Source: an uncultured Methanosarcinales archaeon (GTDB taxonomy: Archaea > Nanobdellota > Nanobdellia > Woesearchaeales > UBA12501). From it: 35,298 bases of DNA. Positions 15,972 to 26,124 of this stretch are shown here, piece after piece. The position numbers were made by a program, and so were the translations under genes. Position 1 is the first letter of the stretch, and every line of letters starts with the position of its first letter. The notes under the pieces were generated by a model. It did no database searches and was not told the DNA's origin. It was given only the letters and a program-made list of their open reading frames with translations. The stretch covers positions 1 through 35,298 of the forward strand of contig CAYNHV010000012.1 of assembly GCA_964397315.1 (NCBI GenBank), written 5' to 3'.

Positions 15972-18773
15972 ATGAATGGTAAAAAAGATGAGTTAACAAA
16001 GAAACAGGAACAGGCAGTAGATCATTTCAAAGGTCCAGCTTTGGTTGTTGCAGGCCCCGGTGCTGGAAAGACATTTGTGATTACAGAGAGGGTCAAAAAA
16101 CTTATTCTTAAACATAAAGTCAATCCAAAAAATATTCTCGTTACAACATTTACTGAGAAAGCTGCAGATGAACTTAAAGTTAAGCTGGCAAGAACAGTTG
16201 GTAGGGATGCTGAATTGGTACAAATATCCACTATTCACTCGTTCTGTAAGACTATGCTTGAAAGATATTTCCTTCATCATGATTACGGTGCCGAGATTGA
16301 TGTTTTGGATGACGAAAGCCAAAGCTTATTTATTCAACTAAACAAGGCTAATTTGGGTATTGCAAAATGGAAAGAGGGTAAACTAATTGATTTGAAGAAG
16401 AGATATGATTTCGTTTCTGATGTTAAAAAATTATATAACCAAATAACTCAGAATATGATAGATCCAGATAAGTTAGTTAGAGGACTAAAATTCGAGTCTA
16501 GTATTGACGAAAAGGATGAGAATATCATAAAGAGTTATAAGAAATATTCAGAAATGCTAAAAAAAGATAAAAGAATGGATTTTTCTATGCTGGAAACAAA
16601 GTTTTATGAACTTATAAACACCAATAATTCAGTACTTAATGAGATTCAAGAACAGTTTAAATTCATTTTAGTGGATGAATATCAAGATACAAGTCCAATA
16701 CAAGATAAAATCTTTAAAAAAATATCTAACAAATATAAGAACATATTTGTCGTAGGTGATGAGAATCAGAGCATATATGGTTTTAGGGGGGCCAGTATAA
16801 AAAACTTTAAAGAATTCTTGAGTTCTTATAAAGGAGCACAAAGTTATCTTTTAGATGTGAATTTTAGGTCTACTAAAACAATAGTCAATTTTTCCAACAG
16901 GATATTTAAAAGTCAGATTAAGAAGGTTTTAAAGGCTAAAAGAAGGAAAGGAGAGCAATTTAAATTGATAAATGGAGAAGATGTTGATAATTCCGCTAAA
17001 AAAACAGTGGGATTGATTAAAAAACTTAAAAATGATGGCATAATAGAAAAATATGGAGATGTTGCCTTATTATTTAGAACAAGAAAAGCTTCTGAAGATT
17101 ATACAAAATATCTTTTGAAAGAAAAAATACCCTTTGTCACATTTGGGGACGGTAAATTTCTTGAAAGAGAAGAAATCAGGACAATTGTTTATTTAATGTC
17201 TTATGTTACCCAAGAACTTTATTTAGATAATAAATTTAAAAAATGGACTGAATGGTGGAGAAAAGATATATTCTTATCAGATTTCTTTAATTTTGAAGAA
17301 TCTACAGAAAAAGCTATTATGGATGGTGATTTTAATTTGTATAGTTTAAGAGACAATGATGATTTTATCGAGAAAGGGTTTTCAAGTAAAAAAGATATAG
17401 AGACTCTTAAGAAAATAAATAAACTTAAGTATGATGTACAGAGAGAAAGAGAAAGCTTTGGTGATCTTGAGAGAGGCAATAATTCCCTGTTGAAAATATT
17501 CTATAAACTATTAGATTATTCTGGATATTTTAATAGGTTAATGGAAAAGAGAAACATTGAAAATAAGGAGATATTACATAATCTTGGAAGATTAAGTGAA
17601 ATCATATCTAAGTATATGGAACTTAGCAAAAAAGAGGACATTAAGGGCTTTTTGTATTATTTGCATGCAGTGGGGGACAAAATCGATCAGCATAAGATTG
17701 AAGATGAGACCACAGTAAAATTGATGACCATACACAAGGCAAAAGGATTAGAATTTCCTGTTGTAATCCTATGTTGTCTAACAGAAGGAAGATTTCCCTT
17801 ACGATATTGGGACAGGTCTTTGATCAAAATACCTCCTACATTTTTAGATGAATGTGAATTAGAAGATGAAAAAGAAGAGTTCTTTCAAGAAGAAAGAAGG
17901 CTATTTTATGTTGGTTTAACCAGGGCGCAAGATTTACTAGTTTTCACAACATCTAATAAGATAGTAACGCAGACTGCTAAAAAATCTAGATTTCTAGAGA
18001 CAGTTGAGGAGGAAATATCAGATAAAGAATTTAAATTGCCTATTGAGAAGAAGTATTCTGTTGAAAGAAGAGTTCCGAGCTTAAACTATTCATCTATCAA
18101 TACATTTATTGATTGTCCTTTAAGATACACTTTAGTATATGATTATGGATTTGTTACTCCTGCTTCATTTATGCAGAACATGGGAACATTTATACATAAT
18201 GTTTTACAGAGAATACATGAGAAGATGAAAAGAAAAGAAGGAATAAAACCTGCTGAGATGAACCAGATAGTTGATACTTATTGGATAGGTCTTCCTATGA
18301 GTAAGGAAAGAAATGAAAAGATTAAGAATAAATTAACAAAAGAGTTTGTGGCCTATTATATAAAAGCTAAAGAAGAATATTCAGATATTGTTGCTATTGA
18401 AGAATCCTTCTCTCATATTGATGATAATATGATTATTAAAGGAAAAGTTGATCTTATTGTTAAGGATAAAAATGGAGATATTGACTTAGTAGATTTTAAA
18501 GCCAGGAAAAAAGAAGGTATCGGAGAGACAAATGTAGACAAGCAGTTACAGATATACAGCTATTGCTTAGATGGCGAATATAACATAAACAAGATATTTG
18601 CTCATACTTTTAGAGATAATGAGAAGACTGAATTTCCGATAGATAAGGACAAAACAAAGGCCTTTTTAAAGGAGATATCTGAAAAGATTTATAAAGAGGA
18701 CTTTCATAAACATAAGAACAGCTTTTGTAAGGACTGTCAATTCAATTTTTATTGCTGGGGTGATAATCAATGA
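15972..18773 (+). CDS. UvrD/PcrA-like helicase fused to an Fe-S (AddB/Cas4-type) PD-(D/E)XK nuclease
   Basis: AGPGAGKT, DEYQD, GDENQSIYGFRG, NFRS, TIHKAKGLEF and EERRLFYVGLTRA; DCPLRY ... GKVDL...VDFK...QLQIY ... CKDCQFNFYC. Confidence 0.92.
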   Translation: MNGKKDELTKKQEQAVDHFKGPALVVAGPGAGKTFVITERVKKLILKHKVNPKNILVTTFTEKAADELKVKLARTVGRDAELVQISTIHSFCKTMLERYFLHHDYGAEIDVLDDESQSLFIQLNKANLGIAKWKEGKLIDLKKRYDFVSDVKKLYNQITQNMIDPDKLVRGLKFESSIDEKDENIIKSYKKYSEMLKKDKRMDFSMLETKFYELINTNNSVLNEIQEQFKFILVDEYQDTSPIQDKIFKKISNKYKNIFVVGDENQSIYGFRGASIKNFKEFLSSYKGAQSYLLDVNFRSTKTIVNFSNRIFKSQIKKVLKAKRRKGEQFKLINGEDVDNSAKKTVGLIKKLKNDGIIEKYGDVALLFRTRKASEDYTKYLLKEKIPFVTFGDGKFLEREEIRTIVYLMSYVTQELYLDNKFKKWTEWWRKDIFLSDFFNFEESTEKAIMDGDFNLYSLRDNDDFIEKGFSSKKDIETLKKINKLKYDVQRERESFGDLERGNNSLLKIFYKLLDYSGYFNRLMEKRNIENKEILHNLGRLSEIISKYMELSKKEDIKGFLYYLHAVGDKIDQHKIEDETTVKLMTIHKAKGLEFPVVILCCLTEGRFPLRYWDRSLIKIPPTFLDECELEDEKEEFFQEERRLFYVGLTRAQDLLVFTTSNKIVTQTAKKSRFLETVEEEISDKEFKLPIEKKYSVERRVPSLNYSSINTFIDCPLRYTLVYDYGFVTPASFMQNMGTFIHNVLQRIHEKMKRKEGIKPAEMNQIVDTYWIGLPMSKERNEKIKNKLTKEFVAYYIKAKEEYSDIVAIEESFSHIDDNMIIKGKVDLIVKDKNGDIDLVDFKARKKEGIGETNVDKQLQIYSYCLDGEYNINKIFAHTFRDNEKTEFPIDKDKTKAFLKEISEKIYKEDFHKHKNSFCKDCQFNFYCWGDNQ

Positions 18774-19195
18774 AACATTATTATGATTTTTTAAAAGAGC
18801 AAATAAATAAATTTGAAGGAAAATTCCCAAAGTACATCCTCTACATACCTGATTTTTTTAAACTTCTATGCAAATTAACAGAGCAGGATATTAAAGTAGC
18901 TGATAAGAGGAAGATTAATTCAGCTTTGGCTTATTTTGTTATACCTAATGACATCATTCCAGAAGATATACATGGTCCGGCAGGATATATTGACGATTTA
19001 TATGCCTGTTGCCATGTTTTGATGGATTTAAAGGAAAAATATGGGATTGGAAGGTTATCCCAAATCTGGGAAGGAGAAGAAGACTTTGAAAAAGTGCTTG
19101 AATTGAGTTATGATGAAAGCAAGAAAGAGCTTGAAGAGAAGGGAGTTTTGAAAAGAGTCTTAGATACTGCTTGTTTGGGGTGTGATGATGAATAA
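18770..19195 (+). CDS. DUF1232/YkvA family protein
   Basis: ALAYFVIPNDIIPE...GPAGYIDDL; overlaps both neighbours. Confidence 0.85.
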   Translation: MKHYYDFLKEQINKFEGKFPKYILYIPDFFKLLCKLTEQDIKVADKRKINSALAYFVIPNDIIPEDIHGPAGYIDDLYACCHVLMDLKEKYGIGRLSQIWEGEEDFEKVLELSYDESKKELEEKGVLKRVLDTACLGCDDE

Positions 19196-21227
19196 AAAAA
19201 TTAGGGAAGAGATTATTGAATTACTAAAGAAAGATGAAAATATTCCTTCTGAATACCAAGAAGAATTGTTCCCTACAACTAAGAAAGAATATGAATTGAA
19301 ATACGCGGGCAAAGAAAGAAAAGAGAAAATACTTTCTGATACTATGTCTGTACCTTTCCAGGCCATAAAACACTTTGGAAAGGCCAAAGAAGGAGAATGG
19401 GTTAATAAACTAATTTTTGGAGATAATTTACAGGCTTTGAAGCATTTATTGAAATTAAAGAAGGAAGGTAAACTCAAGAATGCAGATGGCACAGATGGAG
19501 TTCGATTAGTGTATATAGATCCTCCTTTTGCAACCAAAAGAGATTTCCAAGGAAATAAAGAACAAAAAGCATATCAAGATAAAGTTATTGGTTCTGAATT
19601 TTTAGAATTTGTCAGAAGGAGGTTAGTTATCTTAAAACAATTATTATCAGAAGATGGATCAATATATGTTCATCTAGATATGAAAAAACATCATTATATT
19701 AAGGTTTTAATGGACGAGATATTTGGAGAACAAAACTTTATCAATGAGATCATATGGAAACGTACATTTAGTCATGGTGATATAGGTCAGGGTGCTAAAC
19801 ATCTAGGTAGGTTACATGATGTTGTTTTTTTATATTCTAACTCTAACAGTTATATATTAAATAAAGTATATACTCAATATTCTCAAGATTATATTGAAAA
19901 ACATTTCAATAAAATAGATGAGAATGGTAGAAGATACCAATCAGTCTCTTTAACTGCTCCGGGTGGAGCAGCTAAGGGTAACCCCTATTATGAATTTTTA
20001 GGTGTCAAGAGATATTGGCAATATTCACAAGAAAATATGAAGAAATTGTATGCTGAAGGAAGAGTAGTCCAGACAGATGAGGGTAATGTTCCAAGAAAAA
20101 AAATGTTTCTTGATGAATCACTTGGGATTCCGATTCAGGATATGTGGCTAGATATTGCACCTATACAAGGAGGATCTATTGAAAAATGTGATTACCCAAC
20201 TCAAAAGCCTGAATCGTTCCTTCAGAGAGTGGTTGAATTAAGTTCAAACGAAGGAGATCTTATCCTTGACTGTTTCGCAGGTTCTGGCACAACCGGAGCT
20301 GTGGCTGAAAAATTAGGAAGAAGGTGGATTATGGCTGATTGTGGAAAACTGGCCATATATACTATGACAAAGAGGATGCTTAATCTTAAGAAGAAAATTG
20401 GGAATGCTGGCGCAGATCTCAAACCAAAGCCTTTTGTATTATACAATGCAGGATTATATCAAGATGGAAAACTTCTTGAAAACATGCAAAAAGATGAGTA
20501 CAAAGACTTTGTTTTAGAACTATTTGGCTGCATGAAAAGAGAACATGAAATAAATGGATTAGAATTCCATGGAACTTTAAACAATCATTCTGTTATGGTA
20601 TTTGATAAAGAACACTTTTTAACAGAAGAATTTATAAACCAATTACACAAAACAATTGGCAAATCAATAAAAAGCGAGTGTTATATTATAGCTCCTGCAG
20701 GTGTTGTAGGTTTTGGTGAGGATTATATCAAAAAAGGAGATAAGAGATATACTGTTCTGAGAATACCTAACAGCATTATTCAATATATCAGAGAAAAGAA
20801 CTTCACAAGGCTTGAACAACCAAGAACTTCAGAAGATGTTAACCAAACAATTGACGCTGTAGGCTTTGATTTTATATATCCTCCAAAAGTAAAAAGCAGG
20901 TACTCATTCTACAAACCTAAAGGAAAGCTCACAGAAGCAGAATACATGATAGAAATAGAAGAGTTTGAACCAATACAATTAGGCTCTAAAATAGTTGAAT
21001 TCAAAGACCCTAAAGCAGAAGCCCTAGCAATGGTCATGATAGACCTGGATTATGGTGGGGAAACCTTTGAAATGGATAGATACTGGTTTGGAAGTGATAT
21101 AGCAAAGAATGACTTTAAAATTACCTTTGATGAATCATTAGGGAATAAGGTGATGATCATATATTTAGATATATTTGGTAATGAAAAGAAAGAAGTTTTA
21201 AAGAAAGAAGATTTTGAGAAGAGATAA
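19188..21227 (+). CDS. mod: Type III restriction-modification methyltransferase (Mod)
   Basis: LIFGDNL, catalytic YIDPPF before SAM-binding DCFAGSGTT (beta class), YPTQKPE; adjacent to Res. Confidence 0.9.
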   Translation: MNKKIREEIIELLKKDENIPSEYQEELFPTTKKEYELKYAGKERKEKILSDTMSVPFQAIKHFGKAKEGEWVNKLIFGDNLQALKHLLKLKKEGKLKNADGTDGVRLVYIDPPFATKRDFQGNKEQKAYQDKVIGSEFLEFVRRRLVILKQLLSEDGSIYVHLDMKKHHYIKVLMDEIFGEQNFINEIIWKRTFSHGDIGQGAKHLGRLHDVVFLYSNSNSYILNKVYTQYSQDYIEKHFNKIDENGRRYQSVSLTAPGGAAKGNPYYEFLGVKRYWQYSQENMKKLYAEGRVVQTDEGNVPRKKMFLDESLGIPIQDMWLDIAPIQGGSIEKCDYPTQKPESFLQRVVELSSNEGDLILDCFAGSGTTGAVAEKLGRRWIMADCGKLAIYTMTKRMLNLKKKIGNAGADLKPKPFVLYNAGLYQDGKLLENMQKDEYKDFVLELFGCMKREHEINGLEFHGTLNNHSVMVFDKEHFLTEEFINQLHKTIGKSIKSECYIIAPAGVVGFGEDYIKKGDKRYTVLRIPNSIIQYIREKNFTRLEQPRTSEDVNQTIDAVGFDFIYPPKVKSRYSFYKPKGKLTEAEYMIEIEEFEPIQLGSKIVEFKDPKAEALAMVMIDLDYGGETFEMDRYWFGSDIAKNDFKITFDESLGNKVMIIYLDIFGNEKKEVLKKEDFEKR

Positions 21228-21228
21228 G

Positions 21229-23787
21229 ATGCCAGTTGAAAAGAAAAGTTTAGCCCCAGAGGATGTACTGCTTCATTTAAACAAAGAAGCTGATTCTTTT
21301 GATATATCCAAATATGAAGATTTCATATTTGAGCTTTGTGGGGAATGGGAATTCCAAAAAGAAGCAATAAGGAAAGTATTAAGATATTATCTATCAAACA
21401 GATATCAAGATTCAAAGCAGTTATTAGAAGAAAACTATGCTCAAAACCCTAAATTAAAGTCATTTACCTCAAAAGATAAGTTCATAGAAAACCTTCCATT
21501 TCCTTATAAACTGGCTTGTACTATAGATTTAGCTACTGGAACAGGCAAAAGCTGGATTATGTATGCAGTCGCCAGAATATTGTTAGCAGAAGGTGTTGTG
21601 GATAGAGTTCTTGTACTATGTCCTAGCAAAACTATAAAACAAGAGTTATACAAGAAATTCATAGATTTTTCATCAAACACAATATACACAGAAGCTCTAC
21701 CCAAAGATTCAGTGATAAAAGTTACAGGAATAAAACATTCTGATGAAACAATAGAAGAAGGAGATATCTGTATTGATAATATCCATAAAGCCTATGACCA
21801 TGTTAGTTCTTCAATAAGTGATAGTTTAGAGAGAAAAGGAGAAAAAACTTTAGTTATTAATGATGAAGCACACCACATCCTTAACCCTAAAGAATCAGAT
21901 AAAGCAACAGCTCTTGAATGGTATAAATTCCTTCAAGATGATAAGTATAACTTTAAATTCTTATTAAATCTATCAGGAACTCCTTACAAAGGAGATAATT
22001 ATTTTAATGATGTTATATACAGGTATTCTATTAGAGATGCCATAAATGATAAATTTGTTAAGAATATAGATTACTTGAGTAAAGATGAACTCGAGAAAGA
22101 TGACTGGGAAAACAGATGGAAAGCCATATTACAACAACATGAAGACTCAAAAAAGAAATACCCAAGATGTAAAAAGCATATAACAATTGTTATTACCAAT
22201 AAAATTGCTGAATGTAACAAATTAACAGAAGAAATAAAGGCCTTTCTAAAAGAAAACACTAGATTAAATGATGAAATCATTGAAAAGAAAGTGATACCAG
22301 TCACTTCAAGCCCGCAACATGATGAGTTTAGAGAGATACTCAAAACAGTTGATCGAGCAGACAACCCAGTAGAATGGATAGTTTCTGTCAGTATGCTAAC
22401 AGAAGGATGGGATGTTAAAAATGTTTTTCAGATAGTACCTCATGAAAAAAGGGCCTTTAATTCAAAATTACTTATTTCTCAGGTACTAGGAAGAGGTTTA
22501 AGAATACCTGATGAGTATTTTGGCACAGAAATACAGCCTAAAGTAACAATATACAACCATCCCGCATGGGGAAGCAAGATAGATAGCTTAGTTCATGAAG
22601 TTGCAGAAATAAGCAGAGTTATAACTAGTAAACCAATCAAAAATTCAAAATATAACTTTGATATCCATCAAATAAGTATAAAAAAAGAGACAATAAATAC
22701 TAAGAAAGTTGGACAAAAAGAAGAGAACATCAAACTGCCCAAAAGGTTAGGGTTTGTCTCAACAGGCAAATTTAAACGCCAAGAATTTACTAATGTTAAA
22801 ACTCATAGATTAACAGTTCGAGAGACCCAGATAGAGTATAATGCTTACACACTTGACCAAGCCACAAATGAAATATTCACTATGATTTATGTCTTTGATA
22901 TGAATAAAAAAACAAATATTACTGGAAAGGTGTCTAGAGATTACATTAAGAAACTTATAAAGAATGAATTAGACCAGATAGGCGAATCAAGAGTTTCTGA
23001 AAAAAATCTTCAAAGAGCTAAACAATCATTTGGAGTTTTATTTAGATCTGCTGTAGGTTTAACAGAGATTAAGGACCAGTATCAAGATGTAGAATCTTTC
23101 AATACCTCAGAAATGAAAAACTCATATATGAGCGAAAGCACATTTAAGAATAATGGAGCATTAATAACTTGTGAACAATATTATGAAGATTTTGGAGAAG
23201 AAGATGCTGAGATGATTGAAGAGTTAAATAAAGGCATACAAAACAATCAAACAACTTTATCTGAAGACGATGATAATTACTATATTAGGGGAAGAATAAT
23301 CACAGATATTAGTCTAGACCAATACAAGTCCCCTCTGAATATAACTCTTTTAAGCTATACACCTGAAAGAGAGTTTGTAGAAATATTTCTAAATGGGTAT
23401 TCAGAATATATTGATTCATGGATTAAATCAAAAGATAAGGGGTTTTATTCAGTACCATACATTCATAGACCTGGAACTCACTCTTTACAAAAGAATTTTA
23501 ATCCTGATTTCTTCTTTAAAAAAAGGGACAAAATAATTGTCGTTGAAATAAAATCAGAAGATGACTCAACTGTGAATAATAAGGACAAAATTGAAGGTGC
23601 TTTAACATATTTTGGAAAGCTTAATGAGAAACTCAAAGGCAAGCCTTTTTATGATTTCCATTTCCTTGACCCAAGAGATTATAAACAATTTTTTGAGAAT
23701 AAATTTAAGAAAAATCTTGCTTTCAAAGGAAAGTTGCATGCAGATCTAGAAACAAAATCTAGGGAAGAATTGAAAGAAGGAAGATAA
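21229..23787 (+). CDS. res: Type III restriction endonuclease (Res)
   Basis: ATGTGKS, NDEAHH, LSGTP, MLTEGWDV and QVLGRGLR; C-terminal NPDF...VEIK nuclease. Confidence 0.88.
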   Translation: MPVEKKSLAPEDVLLHLNKEADSFDISKYEDFIFELCGEWEFQKEAIRKVLRYYLSNRYQDSKQLLEENYAQNPKLKSFTSKDKFIENLPFPYKLACTIDLATGTGKSWIMYAVARILLAEGVVDRVLVLCPSKTIKQELYKKFIDFSSNTIYTEALPKDSVIKVTGIKHSDETIEEGDICIDNIHKAYDHVSSSISDSLERKGEKTLVINDEAHHILNPKESDKATALEWYKFLQDDKYNFKFLLNLSGTPYKGDNYFNDVIYRYSIRDAINDKFVKNIDYLSKDELEKDDWENRWKAILQQHEDSKKKYPRCKKHITIVITNKIAECNKLTEEIKAFLKENTRLNDEIIEKKVIPVTSSPQHDEFREILKTVDRADNPVEWIVSVSMLTEGWDVKNVFQIVPHEKRAFNSKLLISQVLGRGLRIPDEYFGTEIQPKVTIYNHPAWGSKIDSLVHEVAEISRVITSKPIKNSKYNFDIHQISIKKETINTKKVGQKEENIKLPKRLGFVSTGKFKRQEFTNVKTHRLTVRETQIEYNAYTLDQATNEIFTMIYVFDMNKKTNITGKVSRDYIKKLIKNELDQIGESRVSEKNLQRAKQSFGVLFRSAVGLTEIKDQYQDVESFNTSEMKNSYMSESTFKNNGALITCEQYYEDFGEEDAEMIEELNKGIQNNQTTLSEDDDNYYIRGRIITDISLDQYKSPLNITLLSYTPEREFVEIFLNGYSEYIDSWIKSKDKGFYSVPYIHRPGTHSLQKNFNPDFFFKKRDKIIVVEIKSEDDSTVNNKDKIEGALTYFGKLNEKLKGKPFYDFHFLDPRDYKQFFENKFKKNLAFKGKLHADLETKSREELKEGR

Positions 23788-23794
23788 GAAAGAA

Positions 23795-24031
23795 TTAAAG
23801 CGGCGCTCCTCTCCCTGCCATAGCAATAAACCATAATCCTCCAGCAACACATGCTCCTAGAATAGCATTGCAAAGAACTTGTTCTACCGAGGTAGGTGGT
23901 AAGGCGCTTGTTATATAATATATTATAAATGCTTCAATAAAGTTTCCTTGAAATATGTACTGCCATGTGTGATATAAACTGATCAGTCCGCCTCCAAAGG
24001 CATACATGCAAATAAAGCCACCGCTAAGCAA
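23795..24031 (-). CDS. Small membrane protein (start uncertain, may extend to about 24080)
   Basis: Three hydrophobic Gly-rich stretches; directly follows the mini-nuclease gene on the same strand. Confidence 0.5.
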   Translation of the reverse strand: MLSGGFICMYAFGGGLISLYHTWQYIFQGNFIEAFIIYYITSALPPTSVEQVLCNAILGACVAGGLWFIAMAGRGAPL

Positions 24032-24078
24032 AACACCAAAAACATATTTTGGCAGGCCTGCAATGATTCCAATCTTAA

Positions 24079-24363
24079 TTACGCTATTTTTGTCCTAAAC
24101 TTCCTTTTTTTGCTCTTTGAAGTATATTTCTTGAAAACTTCTCTTTGTTTTCTGTCCGCTCTCATTGAGCCTTTCGTCTCTACTTCAACAACCCTTGTTT
24201 TTCCACTCTTTCTTGCTACAACATCTGGAACTCTGCCTCTTATTGGTTTGGGATCTTTGTAGCCTTTTACATTGTCTGCTCTTACCTTCCAACCCTGGCT
24301 TTTGTAACCGCCAGCCACTCTCCTAACGGTTTTATCGTGCTTGGATTTCCCTTTTCTTTTCAT
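24079..24363 (-). CDS. Small basic PD-(D/E)XK-fold protein
   Basis: H..V......GWKV, VPDVVA and VVEVET; GGAGGTG SD before ATG 24363. Confidence 0.65.
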   Translation of the reverse strand: MKRKGKSKHDKTVRRVAGGYKSQGWKVRADNVKGYKDPKPIRGRVPDVVARKSGKTRVVEVETKGSMRADRKQREVFKKYTSKSKKRKFRTKIA

Positions 24364-24386
24364 AACACACCTCCACAAGTTTTTGG

Positions 24387-24704
24387 TTATGCTATATAAT
24401 CATTACATTCAGGTAATCTTCCATGCTTCTGTTTAAAGCTTCTTAACAGTTCTTCTTCTTTTGCTTCATGGCTTTTTGTCACCTGTCTCTGGTATTTCCT
24501 TGTCTTCCTTTTACAAGGGTCTGCTCTAAAATTGGAGTCCACATATCCCTCAAATCTTTCTCTTAAATTCTCTGCTTCACCAATATAAATTGGTACTCCA
24601 CTAACATTGTAGAACACATAAACACCTGGTTTAGATGGGGCATTTCTTGCATTTCTTTCCCCCCATCTATAAATGCTTCCTGCTAAAATCTTGTCTCTTA
24701 CCAT
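24387..24704 (-). CDS. Stand-alone GIY-YIG nuclease (UvrC N-terminal-like)
   Basis: PGVYVF...IYIGEA.NLRER, E.ELL and P.CN; GGAGGGG SD. Confidence 0.85.
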   Translation of the reverse strand: MVRDKILAGSIYRWGERNARNAPSKPGVYVFYNVSGVPIYIGEAENLRERFEGYVDSNFRADPCKRKTRKYQRQVTKSHEAKEEELLRSFKQKHGRLPECNDYIA

Positions 24705-24866
24705 ATGTATCCCCTCCAAAAATCATTCTTAGGGATTCTATACCCAACAAACCAAAATATAGAAGTAACCCCCATATTTAAATCTTTGCATTATTTTACA
24801 TAAGATTCAATAAGATTGTATAAAATTATAACAAAATTTATATATATGTATTAGTTACCAGAGGTT

Positions 24867-25739
24867 ATGGGAGATAACCCCACCAACAAAACAGATTCTA
24901 TTATAGCAACCCTTAAAAACGGTCCTAAAAGCATCAATGAGGTTGCTGAAGAAGTTGGCATCAATTGGAGGACTGCAGAAAGCCGTTTAGAGCAGCTTGA
25001 AAAGCTTGGCATTGTCATAAAAAAACCCAAAAAACGCACCAGAATATACCTTTACAAGGATGGAAATAACTATTTCGGCCTTTATGTTAAAAAGGAAGAC
25101 AAGAAATTTATTTCTTCGGTGTATCATTTAATAAGAAAAACATGTCTTAAAAATTACAACAAAGAGCCAACAAAAACCCATGTTTATAAGATATTGTGGA
25201 AGCTAAAGAAGGATCTTAACCTGAACATTCCTATTGGCTGGTACCTCCACGGTCCTTGTGCTGTTCAGGTCTATAGTGGAAACGAAGCCAAAGAGCTGCC
25301 ATTAGATAAAAAAACAGAACAAAAAGTAAAAGAAGCAACACAAGAATACTGCAAGTATGATAATGTAACATTGCAAAATAAGATTTATGAAGAAGATGAT
25401 AATCAATTATATAAATTAAAAGAAAAGCTTAAAGAGGGAGATCAAAATTTGATTCTCATGGATCTTATTAAATTAGTTCCAGAGGAAGCTGTGGATATCA
25501 CAACTGATTTCACAAGAGCAACTTTAATGTTAGGATGGGATAAAACAAAAGATATTTTTGATAAATTGTGGAATTATATAGCTATTCTTAGACTTAAAGA
25601 TACTTTAAGAGATTATTATGGAGATTCAATTGATTTATATCTTGATGAGAAAACGGCAGAATTTAAAAAAGAGACGCAACTTATGATAACAGACTTAGTA
25701 AGGACATATGTTAATACTAAACACTCTCAGGAAAAGTGA
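24867..25739 (+). CDS. Winged-HTH protein with a Panacea/SocA(DUF4065)-like middle domain and a helical C-terminal domain
   Basis: SINEVAEEVGINWRTAESRLEQLEKLGIV (wHTH); KTHVYKILW...GWYLHGP resembles the DUF4065 K.LY...W..GP signature (inference). Confidence 0.65.
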   Translation: MGDNPTNKTDSIIATLKNGPKSINEVAEEVGINWRTAESRLEQLEKLGIVIKKPKKRTRIYLYKDGNNYFGLYVKKEDKKFISSVYHLIRKTCLKNYNKEPTKTHVYKILWKLKKDLNLNIPIGWYLHGPCAVQVYSGNEAKELPLDKKTEQKVKEATQEYCKYDNVTLQNKIYEEDDNQLYKLKEKLKEGDQNLILMDLIKLVPEEAVDITTDFTRATLMLGWDKTKDIFDKLWNYIAILRLKDTLRDYYGDSIDLYLDEKTAEFKKETQLMITDLVRTYVNTKHSQEK

Positions 25740-26124
25740 TATCAACCAAATCTTCACAACCTTCAAAATCCTTAATATTTCTGGTTACAAGATGATCGCA
25801 TCCTGCTTTTTGAGCTAATATTGCGTGCAAGGCATCTTGCCAGTGTTCAGAAAGTTCTTTTGCTTTACTTCTATCAGATGGTGAAGACTTAACATAGATT
25901 AGTTTATCCTTCTCTTTGAAATTATCCAATACTCCTTGTATTTTCTCTTTTGAGATATGCTTTTCTAACTCTTGAAAAAGCCAATCTGACACAACAAGCT
26001 CAAAATGACAATTCCATCCTCTGTTAAAGAGGTCATATGCAAAATCGCCTAAAGGCCTGTATTTATCCTTTCTGCTGTGATTATAATCCATTAAAATATT
26101 TACATCACAGTATACTTTTAACAT
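25717..26124 (-). CDS. PIN-domain (VapC-like) toxin
   Basis: VYCDVNI, FQELE, DALHAILA and LVTRNIKDF. Confidence 0.85.
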   Translation of the reverse strand: MLKVYCDVNILMDYNHSRKDKYRPLGDFAYDLFNRGWNCHFELVVSDWLFQELEKHISKEKIQGVLDNFKEKDKLIYVKSSPSDRSKAKELSEHWQDALHAILAQKAGCDHLVTRNIKDFEGCEDLVDITFPESV

